Positions 47,835 through 55,951 of a stretch of DNA of 64,000 nt are shown here, piece by piece. The DNA lies in assembly GCA_903907985.1 (NCBI GenBank), contig CAIVQG010000030.1, positions 25,534 to 89,533 on the forward strand. Direction: 5' to 3'. The position numbers were made by a program, and so were the translations under genes. Numbering within the stretch: position 1 is the stretch's first letter; every line of letters starts with the position of its first letter. The notes below the pieces were generated by a model. That model was not told the DNA's origin and searched no databases. It saw nothing but the letters and a program-made list of their open reading frames with translations. The stretch comes from an uncultured delta proteobacterium (GTDB lineage: Bacteria; Desulfobacterota; Syntrophia; Syntrophales; Smithellaceae).

Positions 47835-49208
47835 TTATGAATAATCAGGCAGTTGCAATTTAATTACATACTCTGCAGCGCTTTCGCCGGCCACATATCC
47901 GGTCGAAAATGCGGCCTGCAAATTGTACCCGCCGGTATCGGCGTCAATATCCATGACTTCGCCGCAAAAGTAAATTCCCGGGATTAGTTTGGAAGCCATC
48001 GTCCGGGGATCAATTTCGTTAAGTGACACACCGCCGGCGGTAACTATGGCTTTGGCCAGGGGCAATGCTGATTTTATATTAAACCGCAAAGATTTCAGCT
48101 GTTCGATAATTTTCTCTTTTTCCGGGGCGTTAATCTGGTGCGCCTGTTTTTCCGGGTCAATACAAGCAAGAGCAATAAAAGGCTCAATCATTTTGCCGGG
48201 TAGATATTCTTTGATAATACCGCTGATTTTTTTTTTACCGTAATTGTTAAAATATTTTTGCAGACGCGCTCGGAGCTGCTCGCGCGAAAGGGCCGGCTTT
48301 AAATCGATCAATATGGATACCGGACCATTGGCCAGCGCTTCCACAATGGCCAGGCTCATCAACAGAATAATCGGGCCACCCAGTCCAAAATGGGTAAAGA
48401 GCATTTCGCCGAAACGGCTTTCGATGACCGGCGCACGGGGCGTTTTTTTCTCTCCGCGCCCGTAAGTGACCTGCGGCGTCAACCGGGCATCAATCTCCTT
48501 TGCTTTGCCTTGAAACGCTGTAGCCCGGACATTCCTCAGGCTTACCCCCTGCATAGATTTGGCCAGATCTATCTCTTCCACGATCAAGGGTACCAGCGCC
48601 GGTTTGAGAGTGACTATGCTATGCCCCAATTCAGTGCTGATTTTATAGCCGTCGCCCGTCGAACCTGTTTGCGGCCAGGAAGCTCCCCCTGTTGCTAAAA
48701 TCACGGCATTGGCCGAGTAATCGCCCCGGGAGGTTTGAACTGTAAAAGATCCACTTTTTTCCTTGCGAATTGTGGTCACTTTAGAGTTTAACTCGGTATG
48801 TGCTTTATGGTCGTCAAGGTAATGTTTCAGGGCTTGCACAACATCATGGGCATCATCGGAGACAGGAAAAATCCGGCCACCCCTTTCCAGTTTGGTGGCA
48901 ACGCCATAGCCAGCAAAGAAGCTCAGTAGCTCCGGGCGGAAGAAATGATGAAAGGCATTGTAGAGAAAGCGGCCGTTGACGCCATACATGGCAATGAAAT
49001 TTTTCAGTTCGGCTTCATTAGTCAAATTGCAGCGCGTTTTGCCACTGACGAGGATTTTTTTGCCGCAGCCATCCGTCTTTTCCAGAAGCAGTACTTTCGC
49101 CCCGAGCTGGGCAGCCCTGCCTGCGGCCATCAGCCCCGCAGCGCCACCGCCAACTACAATAATGTCAAAAAAAGTTTTCTTATCCGGCTGCATTTGCTTT
49201 CCTGTCAC
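47835..49208 (-). CDS. HI0933/BaiN-family NAD(P)/FAD-dependent oxidoreductase
   Basis: 457 aa. Motifs: FDIIVVGGGAAGLMAA, LLLEK....GKKILVSGKTRCNLTN, and the C-terminal FCGEVMDIDADTGGYNLQ. Confidence 0.8.
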   Translation of the reverse strand: MTGKQMQPDKKTFFDIIVVGGGAAGLMAAGRAAQLGAKVLLLEKTDGCGKKILVSGKTRCNLTNEAELKNFIAMYGVNGRFLYNAFHHFFRPELLSFFAGYGVATKLERGGRIFPVSDDAHDVVQALKHYLDDHKAHTELNSKVTTIRKEKSGSFTVQTSRGDYSANAVILATGGASWPQTGSTGDGYKISTELGHSIVTLKPALVPLIVEEIDLAKSMQGVSLRNVRATAFQGKAKEIDARLTPQVTYGRGEKKTPRAPVIESRFGEMLFTHFGLGGPIILLMSLAIVEALANGPVSILIDLKPALSREQLRARLQKYFNNYGKKKISGIIKEYLPGKMIEPFIALACIDPEKQAHQINAPEKEKIIEQLKSLRFNIKSALPLAKAIVTAGGVSLNEIDPRTMASKLIPGIYFCGEVMDIDADTGGYNLQAAFSTGYVAGESAAEYVIKLQLPDYS

Positions 49209-49345
49209 CTAGAGTTGAGTCGGCGTAACACAAGAGTGCTAATCCAGTCAATCTATCAAATTCGCTGTGCGCAGGCTTTCCGCCGGAATGGTATAGGTTG
49301 ACACAGGGGAATCGTGTTGCTGTTGTTGAATAATCTCCCACTGTG

Positions 49346-49360
49346 TGGGGAATAAATCCC
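49346..49360. promoter_or_regulatory. Candidate upstream activator site (palindrome GGGGA-N5-TCCCC)
   Basis: The palindrome lies about 100 nt upstream of the sigma-54 -24 element. A third GGGGAAT half-site lies at about 49305. Confidence 0.3.
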
Positions 49361-49454
49361 CTCTTTTTGCTCGAAAAAAAGCTGATTAAATAAAATAAAA
49401 TATTATAGCAAGTAATTTCATGCACATAAGGCGTGTTGAAAACATTTGTTAGGT

Positions 49455-49470
49455 TGGCATATACATTGCT
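49455..49470 (+). promoter_or_regulatory. Sigma-54 (-24/-12) promoter
   Basis: TGGCATATACATTGCT compared with the consensus TGGCAC-N5-TTGCW. It lies 34 nt upstream of the ATG at 49505, with GAGGAGG as the RBS. Confidence 0.7.
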
Positions 49471-49504
49471 AATACCATTCTGAAATTGACAGAGGAGGCA
49501 GGGC

Positions 49505-49891
49505 ATGAAAAAAGCTTTGGTATACATTACTTGTGCAGCTTTTTTATTATCAGCAATAGCATTTGCTGCTGATAAACCCGCTTCCACGGGGGCCACTGCT
49601 GAGCAAGTTAAGGCCGGTTCCGTAAGAATTGCTAAAATGAATGCCACGGGAAAAGTTGTCGAAATTTCGGATAAAACAGTTAAGATTGAACGCACGGTTA
49701 AAAATAATGTGGAAACCATGCAATTCGTTCTCGACAAACCCACAGAAAATATTGCTGTTAATGATGCAGTGAAGATAGCCTATATTGAAAAAGATGGTAA
49801 TTTGCTGGCTTCCCGAGTGGCAAAAATAATTCCGAAAAAAGCAGGGAAAAAAGAAACTGTTACCGAGAAATCGGCGCCAGTTAAGAATTAG
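49505..49891 (+). CDS. Small secreted protein, unknown function
   Basis: 128 aa. The signal peptide ends ..SAIAFA/ADKPAS. The mature part is beta-rich and K-rich. Confidence 0.6.
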   Translation: MKKALVYITCAAFLLSAIAFAADKPASTGATAEQVKAGSVRIAKMNATGKVVEISDKTVKIERTVKNNVETMQFVLDKPTENIAVNDAVKIAYIEKDGNLLASRVAKIIPKKAGKKETVTEKSAPVKN

Positions 49892-49983
49892 TGCTTTTAT
49901 TTGGAGCTTAATTAATGTGGAGTCCCTTAAAATATTATTGAGGGTAGTATTAAAAAAAACAAATTTAGAAGGAGGATTTTAAG

Positions 49984-50220
49984 ATGAAACGTTTAGCATT
50001 GTTAGTTGTAGCATTGGTTTTCGCATTTAGCACCACCGTTATGGCCGCTGATAAGCCCGCCGCACCCGCAGCAGCAGAGCCCGCAAAGGTAGAGAAAGCC
50101 GCTGACGAGAAGAAAGTAGAAAAGAAAGCAAAGAAAGCAAAGAAAGCAAAGAAAGCTGAAAAGAAAGCCGACGAGAAAAAAGCTGAAGATGTAAAAGCAG
50201 CTCCGGCAGACAAGAAATAA
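49984..50220 (+). CDS. Small secreted lysine/alanine-rich protein
   Basis: 78 aa. An AGGAGG RBS lies upstream. The signal peptide ends ..TTVMA/ADKPAA. The tail is EKKVEKKAKKAKKAKKAEKKADEKKAED. Confidence 0.6.
   Translation: MKRLALLVVALVFAFSTTVMAADKPAAPAAAEPAKVEKAADEKKVEKKAKKAKKAKKAEKKADEKKAEDVKAAPADKK
50122..50157 (+). repeat. In-frame 9-bp tandem repeat (AAGAAAGCA x4) encoding (KKA)n
   Basis: There are four consecutive units, the last ending in T. It lies inside the 78-aa CDS. Confidence 0.8.
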
Positions 50221-50242
50221 GTTTATTACTAACTTATGACGT

Positions 50243-50276
50243 AAAAAAAGGACAGGTAACCCCTGTCCTTTTTTTT
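50243..50276 (+). terminator. Rho-independent terminator
   Basis: AAAAAAA-GGACAGG-taacc-CCTGTCC-TTTTTTTT. The A and T flanks would allow bidirectional function. Confidence 0.75.
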
Positions 50277-50372
50277 GTGCACCCGTCAGGCTATTTGAAC
50301 CGACTGTAAAACAGGTGTTTTTCAATACCCAGCTGGTTAATTTGTTTCCTTTCTGCTATATTCCTTGCCATC

Positions 50373-51911
50373 ATGTTTAAAAATCTTCTCCAGAGAATTA
50401 TTGCTTATAATGATAACTTTACCGTCCGGGCACGGTTAATCACTGTAACTATCGCCGGCCTTGCCTTTACTATGGCCATTTGGGGATTTATCCAGCTGAC
50501 GGCACTCGATAGAATCCTTGTCGAACAGCAGGTAAAGAGGCTCGAAGGCGTAGCCGAAACAGTGAGTACTTTTTATTCGAATTTTCCTACCAAAAGGGGC
50601 CTGGCCGCGCTCGATTCCGCAATGAAAGATCATGTGCAATCGGATGTGCGTCTGGCCCGTATCGACATTTTTGATACCAGTCGCGGCAATGTTGATTATA
50701 TTGCCGGCGCCAGTCGCGTTCAGTATGAATGGCCGGATAATATTATTGCCCAGGTTACGGAAAAAAATACCCCGCGTTATGTTAAAATAACAACCGAAAG
50801 CGGGCCGGCGCTGGGCCTAATTTATCCGGTATCAGGAGAAACGAAAGATTCCCACATTGTTGTCGCCATCATCGGTTTTTCCCGTGCCAATGCCGAAATT
50901 ATGGCCCGCGCCAACCAGCTGTTGATCTTGAGCAGCGTCGGTTTATTGCTGCTTATTGTGCTGGTACTGGGCTTGAGTTATGGCTGGATTATCGGCCGTC
51001 CACTGAATCTCATCATCGATACAATAGATGAATCTCAAAAGGGACAATACATCAAACGGATTCCGATTGTGCGGCGTGATGAATGGGGACAGCTAGCGGA
51101 TCATTTCAACATCATGGCAACGGAAATTCAGCAAGTAATGGCCAGCAATCTGGATTTAACCAGACATCTGGAAGACCGTGTTAAAGAAGAAACACTCAAG
51201 GTCGTCCAACTGCAAAAACAAGTAGACGATTTAAAACAATTAACGGCACTGGGGCATTTAACGGCTAATCTTGCCCACGATTTAGGTACTCCTCTTCATT
51301 CCATCGGAGGCCTCGCCAATCTTCTGCTGGAGCGGGAAGGCTGGCCGCCGGATGTGGCCCACAAACTGCAACTGATTGTTCAGCAAACTCAAAGGCTCGA
51401 TAATGTTATCCAGAATGTTCGCCGGGCGACAAGATTGCCGGAACCTAACTTTGAGATTTTGACCATTCAGAAAATTTTAAATGAAACATTACCGTTAGTC
51501 GAACCACTGATGCAGAAAAACAATATTACTATGAATGTCGATATTGATGCCGACATTACACCATTATACCTGGATCGATACCGCATTCAGACGGCGTTGT
51601 TTAATATTATTCAAAACTCTCTCGAAGCAATGCCGGCGGGAGGGAAAATATCCGTCATAGCAAAGGCCATACCTCGGGAACGGATGGTATCGATAACAAT
51701 CACGGATACAGGTTCGGGGATGTCTCCGGAAATGCTCGATAAGGCCTGCGAACCATTTTACAGTTCCCACAAGGATGAGGGTATGCGCGGACTGGGTCTG
51801 GCTATTGTCCGGGATATCGTCAAGGCCCATGGCGGCAAGATGGAAATTAAAAGTTCACCGGCGCAGGGAACTTCCATTACACTTTATTTGCCCGTATCGG
51901 ATGACGGGTAG
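50373..51911 (+). CDS. Sensor histidine kinase (two TM helices, HAMP, HisKA, HATPase_c)
   Basis: 512 aa. The H-box is LTANLAHDLGTPLHSI. The N/G boxes are NIIQNSLEAM, DTGSGM and GLGLAIV. Confidence 0.85.
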   Translation: MFKNLLQRIIAYNDNFTVRARLITVTIAGLAFTMAIWGFIQLTALDRILVEQQVKRLEGVAETVSTFYSNFPTKRGLAALDSAMKDHVQSDVRLARIDIFDTSRGNVDYIAGASRVQYEWPDNIIAQVTEKNTPRYVKITTESGPALGLIYPVSGETKDSHIVVAIIGFSRANAEIMARANQLLILSSVGLLLLIVLVLGLSYGWIIGRPLNLIIDTIDESQKGQYIKRIPIVRRDEWGQLADHFNIMATEIQQVMASNLDLTRHLEDRVKEETLKVVQLQKQVDDLKQLTALGHLTANLAHDLGTPLHSIGGLANLLLEREGWPPDVAHKLQLIVQQTQRLDNVIQNVRRATRLPEPNFEILTIQKILNETLPLVEPLMQKNNITMNVDIDADITPLYLDRYRIQTALFNIIQNSLEAMPAGGKISVIAKAIPRERMVSITITDTGSGMSPEMLDKACEPFYSSHKDEGMRGLGLAIVRDIVKAHGGKMEIKSSPAQGTSITLYLPVSDDG

Positions 51912-52011
51912 CGTTCCTGAGCTCAAAGAAAAGATAAGGTTACATCACTGCGTCTGTGAAAGCGATAAATTGGCGAAAACCGGACAAGACAATTAGAGGA
52001 GGTGTCCCGCA

Positions 52012-53463
52012 ATGGCACTGAAAACATCAGAGCAATATGAAGCAAGTTTGCGCAAACTCAATCTTAAAGTCTATCTGCTGGGTGAACTGATAGAAAATCC
52101 GGTGGATCATCCCATTATCCGGCCTTCACTTAATTCCGTAAAAATGACTTACGCCCTGGCACACAATCCGCAACATGCGGATCTCCTAACGGCAACATCC
52201 CACCTGACCGGACACAAGATCAACCGGTTTTGTCATTTACACCAGAACACCGACGACCTGATCAAGAAAGTTAAAATGCAGCGGCTGCTGGGACAGAAAA
52301 CCGGGGCGTGCTTTCAGCGGTGTGTAGGGATGGATGCCATCAATGCCGTGGACAGCGTCACCTTTGAAATGGATAAAAAACTCGGCACAAAATATCATGA
52401 AAGATTTCTGAAATTCCTGCTCATGATGCAGGAAGATGATCTGACGGTGGATGGCGCCATGACCGACCCCAAAGGCGACCGCAGTCTGCCGCCTTCGCGA
52501 CAGGCTGATCCGGATCTTTACACCCATGTGGTGGAAAGAAGGAAAGATGGCATTGTCGTCCGGGGTGCCAAGGCCCATCAAACCGGCGCCATCAATTCCC
52601 ACTGGATTCTGGTGATGCCGACAATCGCCATGACCAAAGAGGACAGCGATTATGCCCTTTCGTTTGTTGCGCCGGCCGATGCGGAAGGTATTTCCTATAT
52701 TTACGGCCGCCAATCCTGTGATACGCGGAAACTGGAGGGCGGGAATATTGATGTGGGCAATCATCACTTCGGCGGCCACGAAGCTCTGATGGTTTTTGAC
52801 AATTTATTTGTGCCCTGGGAGAATGTACTGATGTGCGGCGAGTATGAATTTTCCGGCGCCCTGGTGGAGCGCTTTGCCGGATACCATCGCCAAAGCTATG
52901 GCGGCTGCAAAGTCGGTGTGGGTGATGTCCTGATCGGCGCCGCAGCTCTGGCCGCCGATTACAACGGAGCGGCCAAAGCATCTCATATTAAAGACAAGCT
53001 GATCGAAATGATCCATCTCAATGAAACTCTTTATGCCTGCGGGATTGCCTGTTCGGCGGAGGGACAGCCGACCGCTTCCGGTAATTATCTGATTGATTTG
53101 CTGCTGGCCAATGTTTGCAAGCAGAATGTGACCAGGTTGCCCTATGAGATTGCGCGGCTGGCGGAAGATATTGCCGGGGGATTGATGGTTACGATGGCCT
53201 CGGAAAAGGATTTGCGCCATCCCGAAATAGGCCCTGTAGTTAAAAAATATTTCCAGGGAATAGCGTCAGTTCCCACAGAGCATCGTGTACGGATTTTGCG
53301 GCTGATTGAAAATATCACTCTCGGAACTGCCGCCGTTGGCTATCGTACGGAATCCATGCATGGCGCGGGATCTCCTCAAGCGCAGCGGATTATGATTTCC
53401 CGCCAGGGGAATCTGGAACAGAAAAAGAAGCTGGCTAAGACAATTGCCGGAATTAAAGACTAA
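52012..53463 (+). CDS. abfD: 4-hydroxybutyryl-CoA dehydratase / vinylacetyl-CoA delta-isomerase family (4-hydroxyphenylacetate 3-hydroxylase fold)
   Basis: 483 aa. The N-terminal segment SEQYEASLRKL.LKVYLLGE and the Cys pair in GACFQRCVGMDA (Fe-S ligand region) match my recollection of AbfD. A GAGGAGG RBS lies upstream. Confidence 0.75.
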   Translation: MALKTSEQYEASLRKLNLKVYLLGELIENPVDHPIIRPSLNSVKMTYALAHNPQHADLLTATSHLTGHKINRFCHLHQNTDDLIKKVKMQRLLGQKTGACFQRCVGMDAINAVDSVTFEMDKKLGTKYHERFLKFLLMMQEDDLTVDGAMTDPKGDRSLPPSRQADPDLYTHVVERRKDGIVVRGAKAHQTGAINSHWILVMPTIAMTKEDSDYALSFVAPADAEGISYIYGRQSCDTRKLEGGNIDVGNHHFGGHEALMVFDNLFVPWENVLMCGEYEFSGALVERFAGYHRQSYGGCKVGVGDVLIGAAALAADYNGAAKASHIKDKLIEMIHLNETLYACGIACSAEGQPTASGNYLIDLLLANVCKQNVTRLPYEIARLAEDIAGGLMVTMASEKDLRHPEIGPVVKKYFQGIASVPTEHRVRILRLIENITLGTAAVGYRTESMHGAGSPQAQRIMISRQGNLEQKKKLAKTIAGIKD

Positions 53464-54812
53464 AGGTTGCCTGCCGGTAGCTTTTCATCGAACAAACCGT
53501 AACGTCGAATCTTTAGTCGCAATGTTTTGCGGTCTATTCCCAGAAGTTGCGCCGCCTTGGTTTGATTCCAGAGAGCTTCCTTGAGTGTTTGCAGAATTTT
53601 GTCTCTTTCGGCCTGTTCCAGCGGAGTCATGTCGGGCAGATCTATATTTTCCTTATTTGCTGTTTGGCGCGCAAAACGCTGCGGTAAATTTTCCGGCAGA
53701 ATTACCACAAAAGGTGAAAGCAGCAGTGTTTGTTGCAGAACATTTTGCACCTCCCGGACATTTCCCGGCCAGCTATACGCCATCAACAATTCCATGGCCT
53801 CGACGGAAATGCGCACTCCGGGATAACCAAATTTTTTCAACATGGACTCGATGAGGAGCGGAAGATCTTCCGTATGCTCGCGCAAGGGCGGAATCCGCAG
53901 CCGTACGATAAACCGGTAGAGCAAATCAAGCCGGAAGCGGCCCTGGTTGACTTCTTCATCGATATTTTTATTGGCTGCCGCCACTACCCGTACGGCGGCA
54001 TGGCGCACTTCGTGGCCGCCGATTCTCCTTACTTCGCCGTCCTGCATGAAACGCAAAAACTTGCCCTGCAGAGCTGTGGACATTTCCGTGATTTCATCGA
54101 GAAAAATAGTGCCGCCCTGGGCTGATTCCAGTAATCCTACATGCTGATGATCGGCGCCGGTAAATGAGCCTTTTTCATAGCCGAAGAGTTCGGATTCCAG
54201 TAAATTATCGGGAATTGCTCCGCAGTGGACAACGACAAACTGTTTGTCCCGGCGTGACGACATGCTGTGCAGAGACCGGGCAGTTAATTCCTTGCCGGTA
54301 CCGCTTTCCCCTTCAATCAAAACACTGGCCGGGGAATCGGCAACACGGGCAATCTGTTTATAGAATTCCACCATTGCCGCAGAGGACCCGATTAATTTCG
54401 GTCCTTCGTCTGTTTCCGGCAAATCCAGTTTAAGGCGTCGCTCCCGCAATTCCCTGACCTCGAGGACCTTTTTGACAATGGCCCTGCAGGCATCCGGAGA
54501 AAATGGTTTGCTGATATAATCCCAGGCGCCCAGACTGATCGCTTCCATTGTGGTTTCCAGAGAACCATAGGCCGTCATCAGAATTACCGGTAAATTCGGC
54601 CATTTTTTTTGCACTTCGCCCAGGAATTGCAATCCGTCCATGCCGGGCATGCGGATATCCGACATCAGCAAGTCATAGCGGGAAAGGTCCTGCTGCAAGG
54701 CTTCCAGGGCGGATGTGTATGTGACCACTGCATAGCCTTCGCGCGAGAGCGCTTCCTGCAAAAACTCGCAGGCCACGGCATCGTCATCAATCACTAATAT
54801 GCGGGATTTCAT
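53460..54812 (-). CDS. Sigma-54-dependent response regulator (REC, AAA+, Fis-type HTH; NtrC/AtoC family)
   Basis: REC: ILVIDDD...DLLMSDIRMPGMDG. AAA+: GESGTGKE, ESELFGYEKGSFTGA. The C-terminal HTH is AAQLLGIDRKTLRLKIRRYGL. I prefer the ATG at 54812 because AGGTG lies 6 nt upstream. Confidence 0.9.
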   Translation of the reverse strand: MKSRILVIDDDAVACEFLQEALSREGYAVVTYTSALEALQQDLSRYDLLMSDIRMPGMDGLQFLGEVQKKWPNLPVILMTAYGSLETTMEAISLGAWDYISKPFSPDACRAIVKKVLEVRELRERRLKLDLPETDEGPKLIGSSAAMVEFYKQIARVADSPASVLIEGESGTGKELTARSLHSMSSRRDKQFVVVHCGAIPDNLLESELFGYEKGSFTGADHQHVGLLESAQGGTIFLDEITEMSTALQGKFLRFMQDGEVRRIGGHEVRHAAVRVVAAANKNIDEEVNQGRFRLDLLYRFIVRLRIPPLREHTEDLPLLIESMLKKFGYPGVRISVEAMELLMAYSWPGNVREVQNVLQQTLLLSPFVVILPENLPQRFARQTANKENIDLPDMTPLEQAERDKILQTLKEALWNQTKAAQLLGIDRKTLRLKIRRYGLFDEKLPAGNL

Positions 54813-54849
54813 AAAAAACACCTGATATTATTCTGCGCGTTTTTAACGT

Positions 54850-55120
54850 TATAACAAGGATTCGTCAATGGAAATCTGCTGCTGGTTTGCTGGCAACTTT
54901 CACTCACCTATCGAAGGCAGATTCAGTGTCACTTCAATCCGTCAGATGAGCTCTTCTTTCCTCACCGACTTGGCAATTAATTCCCGTCCGCCCATGAAGC
55001 CCTCTCTCTGTGATTGGCTGGCGCAACCTTAAAGCGCTGGTCTGTTTCGAGATTAAACTTGACAAAGAATGTAAAGGACTCCTCGTCATCGATAATTAGA
55101 CTCCGAATGGTTTCGGCCAT
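54850..55120 (-). pseudogene. Possible decayed receiver (REC) domain gene
   Basis: The 47-codon ORF MAETIRSLIIDDEESFTFFVKFNLETDQRFKVAPANH... looks like the start of a CheY-like receiver. Downstream, shifted frames read ..ELI*RIEVTLNLPSIGE*KLPANQQ.., reminiscent of the PDLIL.D..MP..G and KP segments. Stops and frameshifts are present. Confidence 0.3.
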
Positions 55121-55230
55121 AAAAACATCTTTCCTTGTTTTATCTATATTGTTTGCGGTCTGGTAATTGTGCTCCGTCATTTGACGGTTTGGCTTTTGGT
55201 TGGGATTGGTCCTCTTTTTGCCGCCAATTC

Positions 55231-55929
55231 TTAGCGGTTCACCCGGAACATCTTGGTGATGCTGTTCAACCGTTGCTGGACGTAATGCGCCATCCCCTCC
55301 CCGTAAAAACCGCCGTGCGCTTTGGCGTAATCGGCAATATATTCCTTGAACCATTCGCCGGTAAGTCCGGATAAGGCCAGACTGGTGCGGTACAAGACGT
55401 CCCAGGTGAGTTGCTTTGTCCTATCGTCCACAAAGACGCTCTCCCAGAGGATTTCGCCGTTCTCATCCTGATAATCCTTAACAACGGCGTAGCACTGGAG
55501 TTGCTTCTCCTCCATGATTTTATCTCCAAGCAGCTTGCGGAGGGCCTCTGCAAATATCTTGAAGGACTGCCGGGGGAAATAAACCGCATTGGCCAAAGAA
55601 TCGCTTTCCTTAAGGTAATGCACCAGTACCCTCGTCAGGTGGTCTTGTCTCTTTGCTTTGAAAGTTCTATGCTCATCGTCTTTATGCTGGCTTCGACTGC
55701 ATTCATCATGAATGGCGTTGATGATTGTTTCCAGTTCGGCTTCGGTATTTTGCAGCGCCTGTGCCAGCATTTCTTTCGGCACACCTTCAGCAACCAGATT
55801 TCCGATGAGCAGTTTTATACTCCTGCTGCATGTTTCCCGGCAGAAAACGAGAGACTCTTTTTTTCTGGTTTCCTTTTCCATGATTACCCGATATCTCTGT
55901 TTTGTATCCCGGACTGCTTCACGCATCAT
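55231..55929 (-). CDS. Hypothetical helical protein, no recognised family
   Basis: The ORF extends to 56037, but that would overlap the CoA-transferase by 86 nt. I prefer MMREAV at 55929 (233 aa). It is co-directional with and 22 nt downstream of the CoA-transferase gene. Confidence 0.5.
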   Translation of the reverse strand: MMREAVRDTKQRYRVIMEKETRKKESLVFCRETCSRSIKLLIGNLVAEGVPKEMLAQALQNTEAELETIINAIHDECSRSQHKDDEHRTFKAKRQDHLTRVLVHYLKESDSLANAVYFPRQSFKIFAEALRKLLGDKIMEEKQLQCYAVVKDYQDENGEILWESVFVDDRTKQLTWDVLYRTSLALSGLTGEWFKEYIADYAKAHGGFYGEGMAHYVQQRLNSITKMFRVNR

Positions 55930-55951
55930 GTTTTTACAGGCACTGAACAGC

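Noticed and set aside
50101-50200. Short periodic repeats that might suggest a CRISPR or minisatellite.
   Set aside because: The unit is only 9 bp with no spacers, it lies inside a CDS, and it encodes KKA repeats in frame. It is a coding tandem repeat, not a CRISPR.
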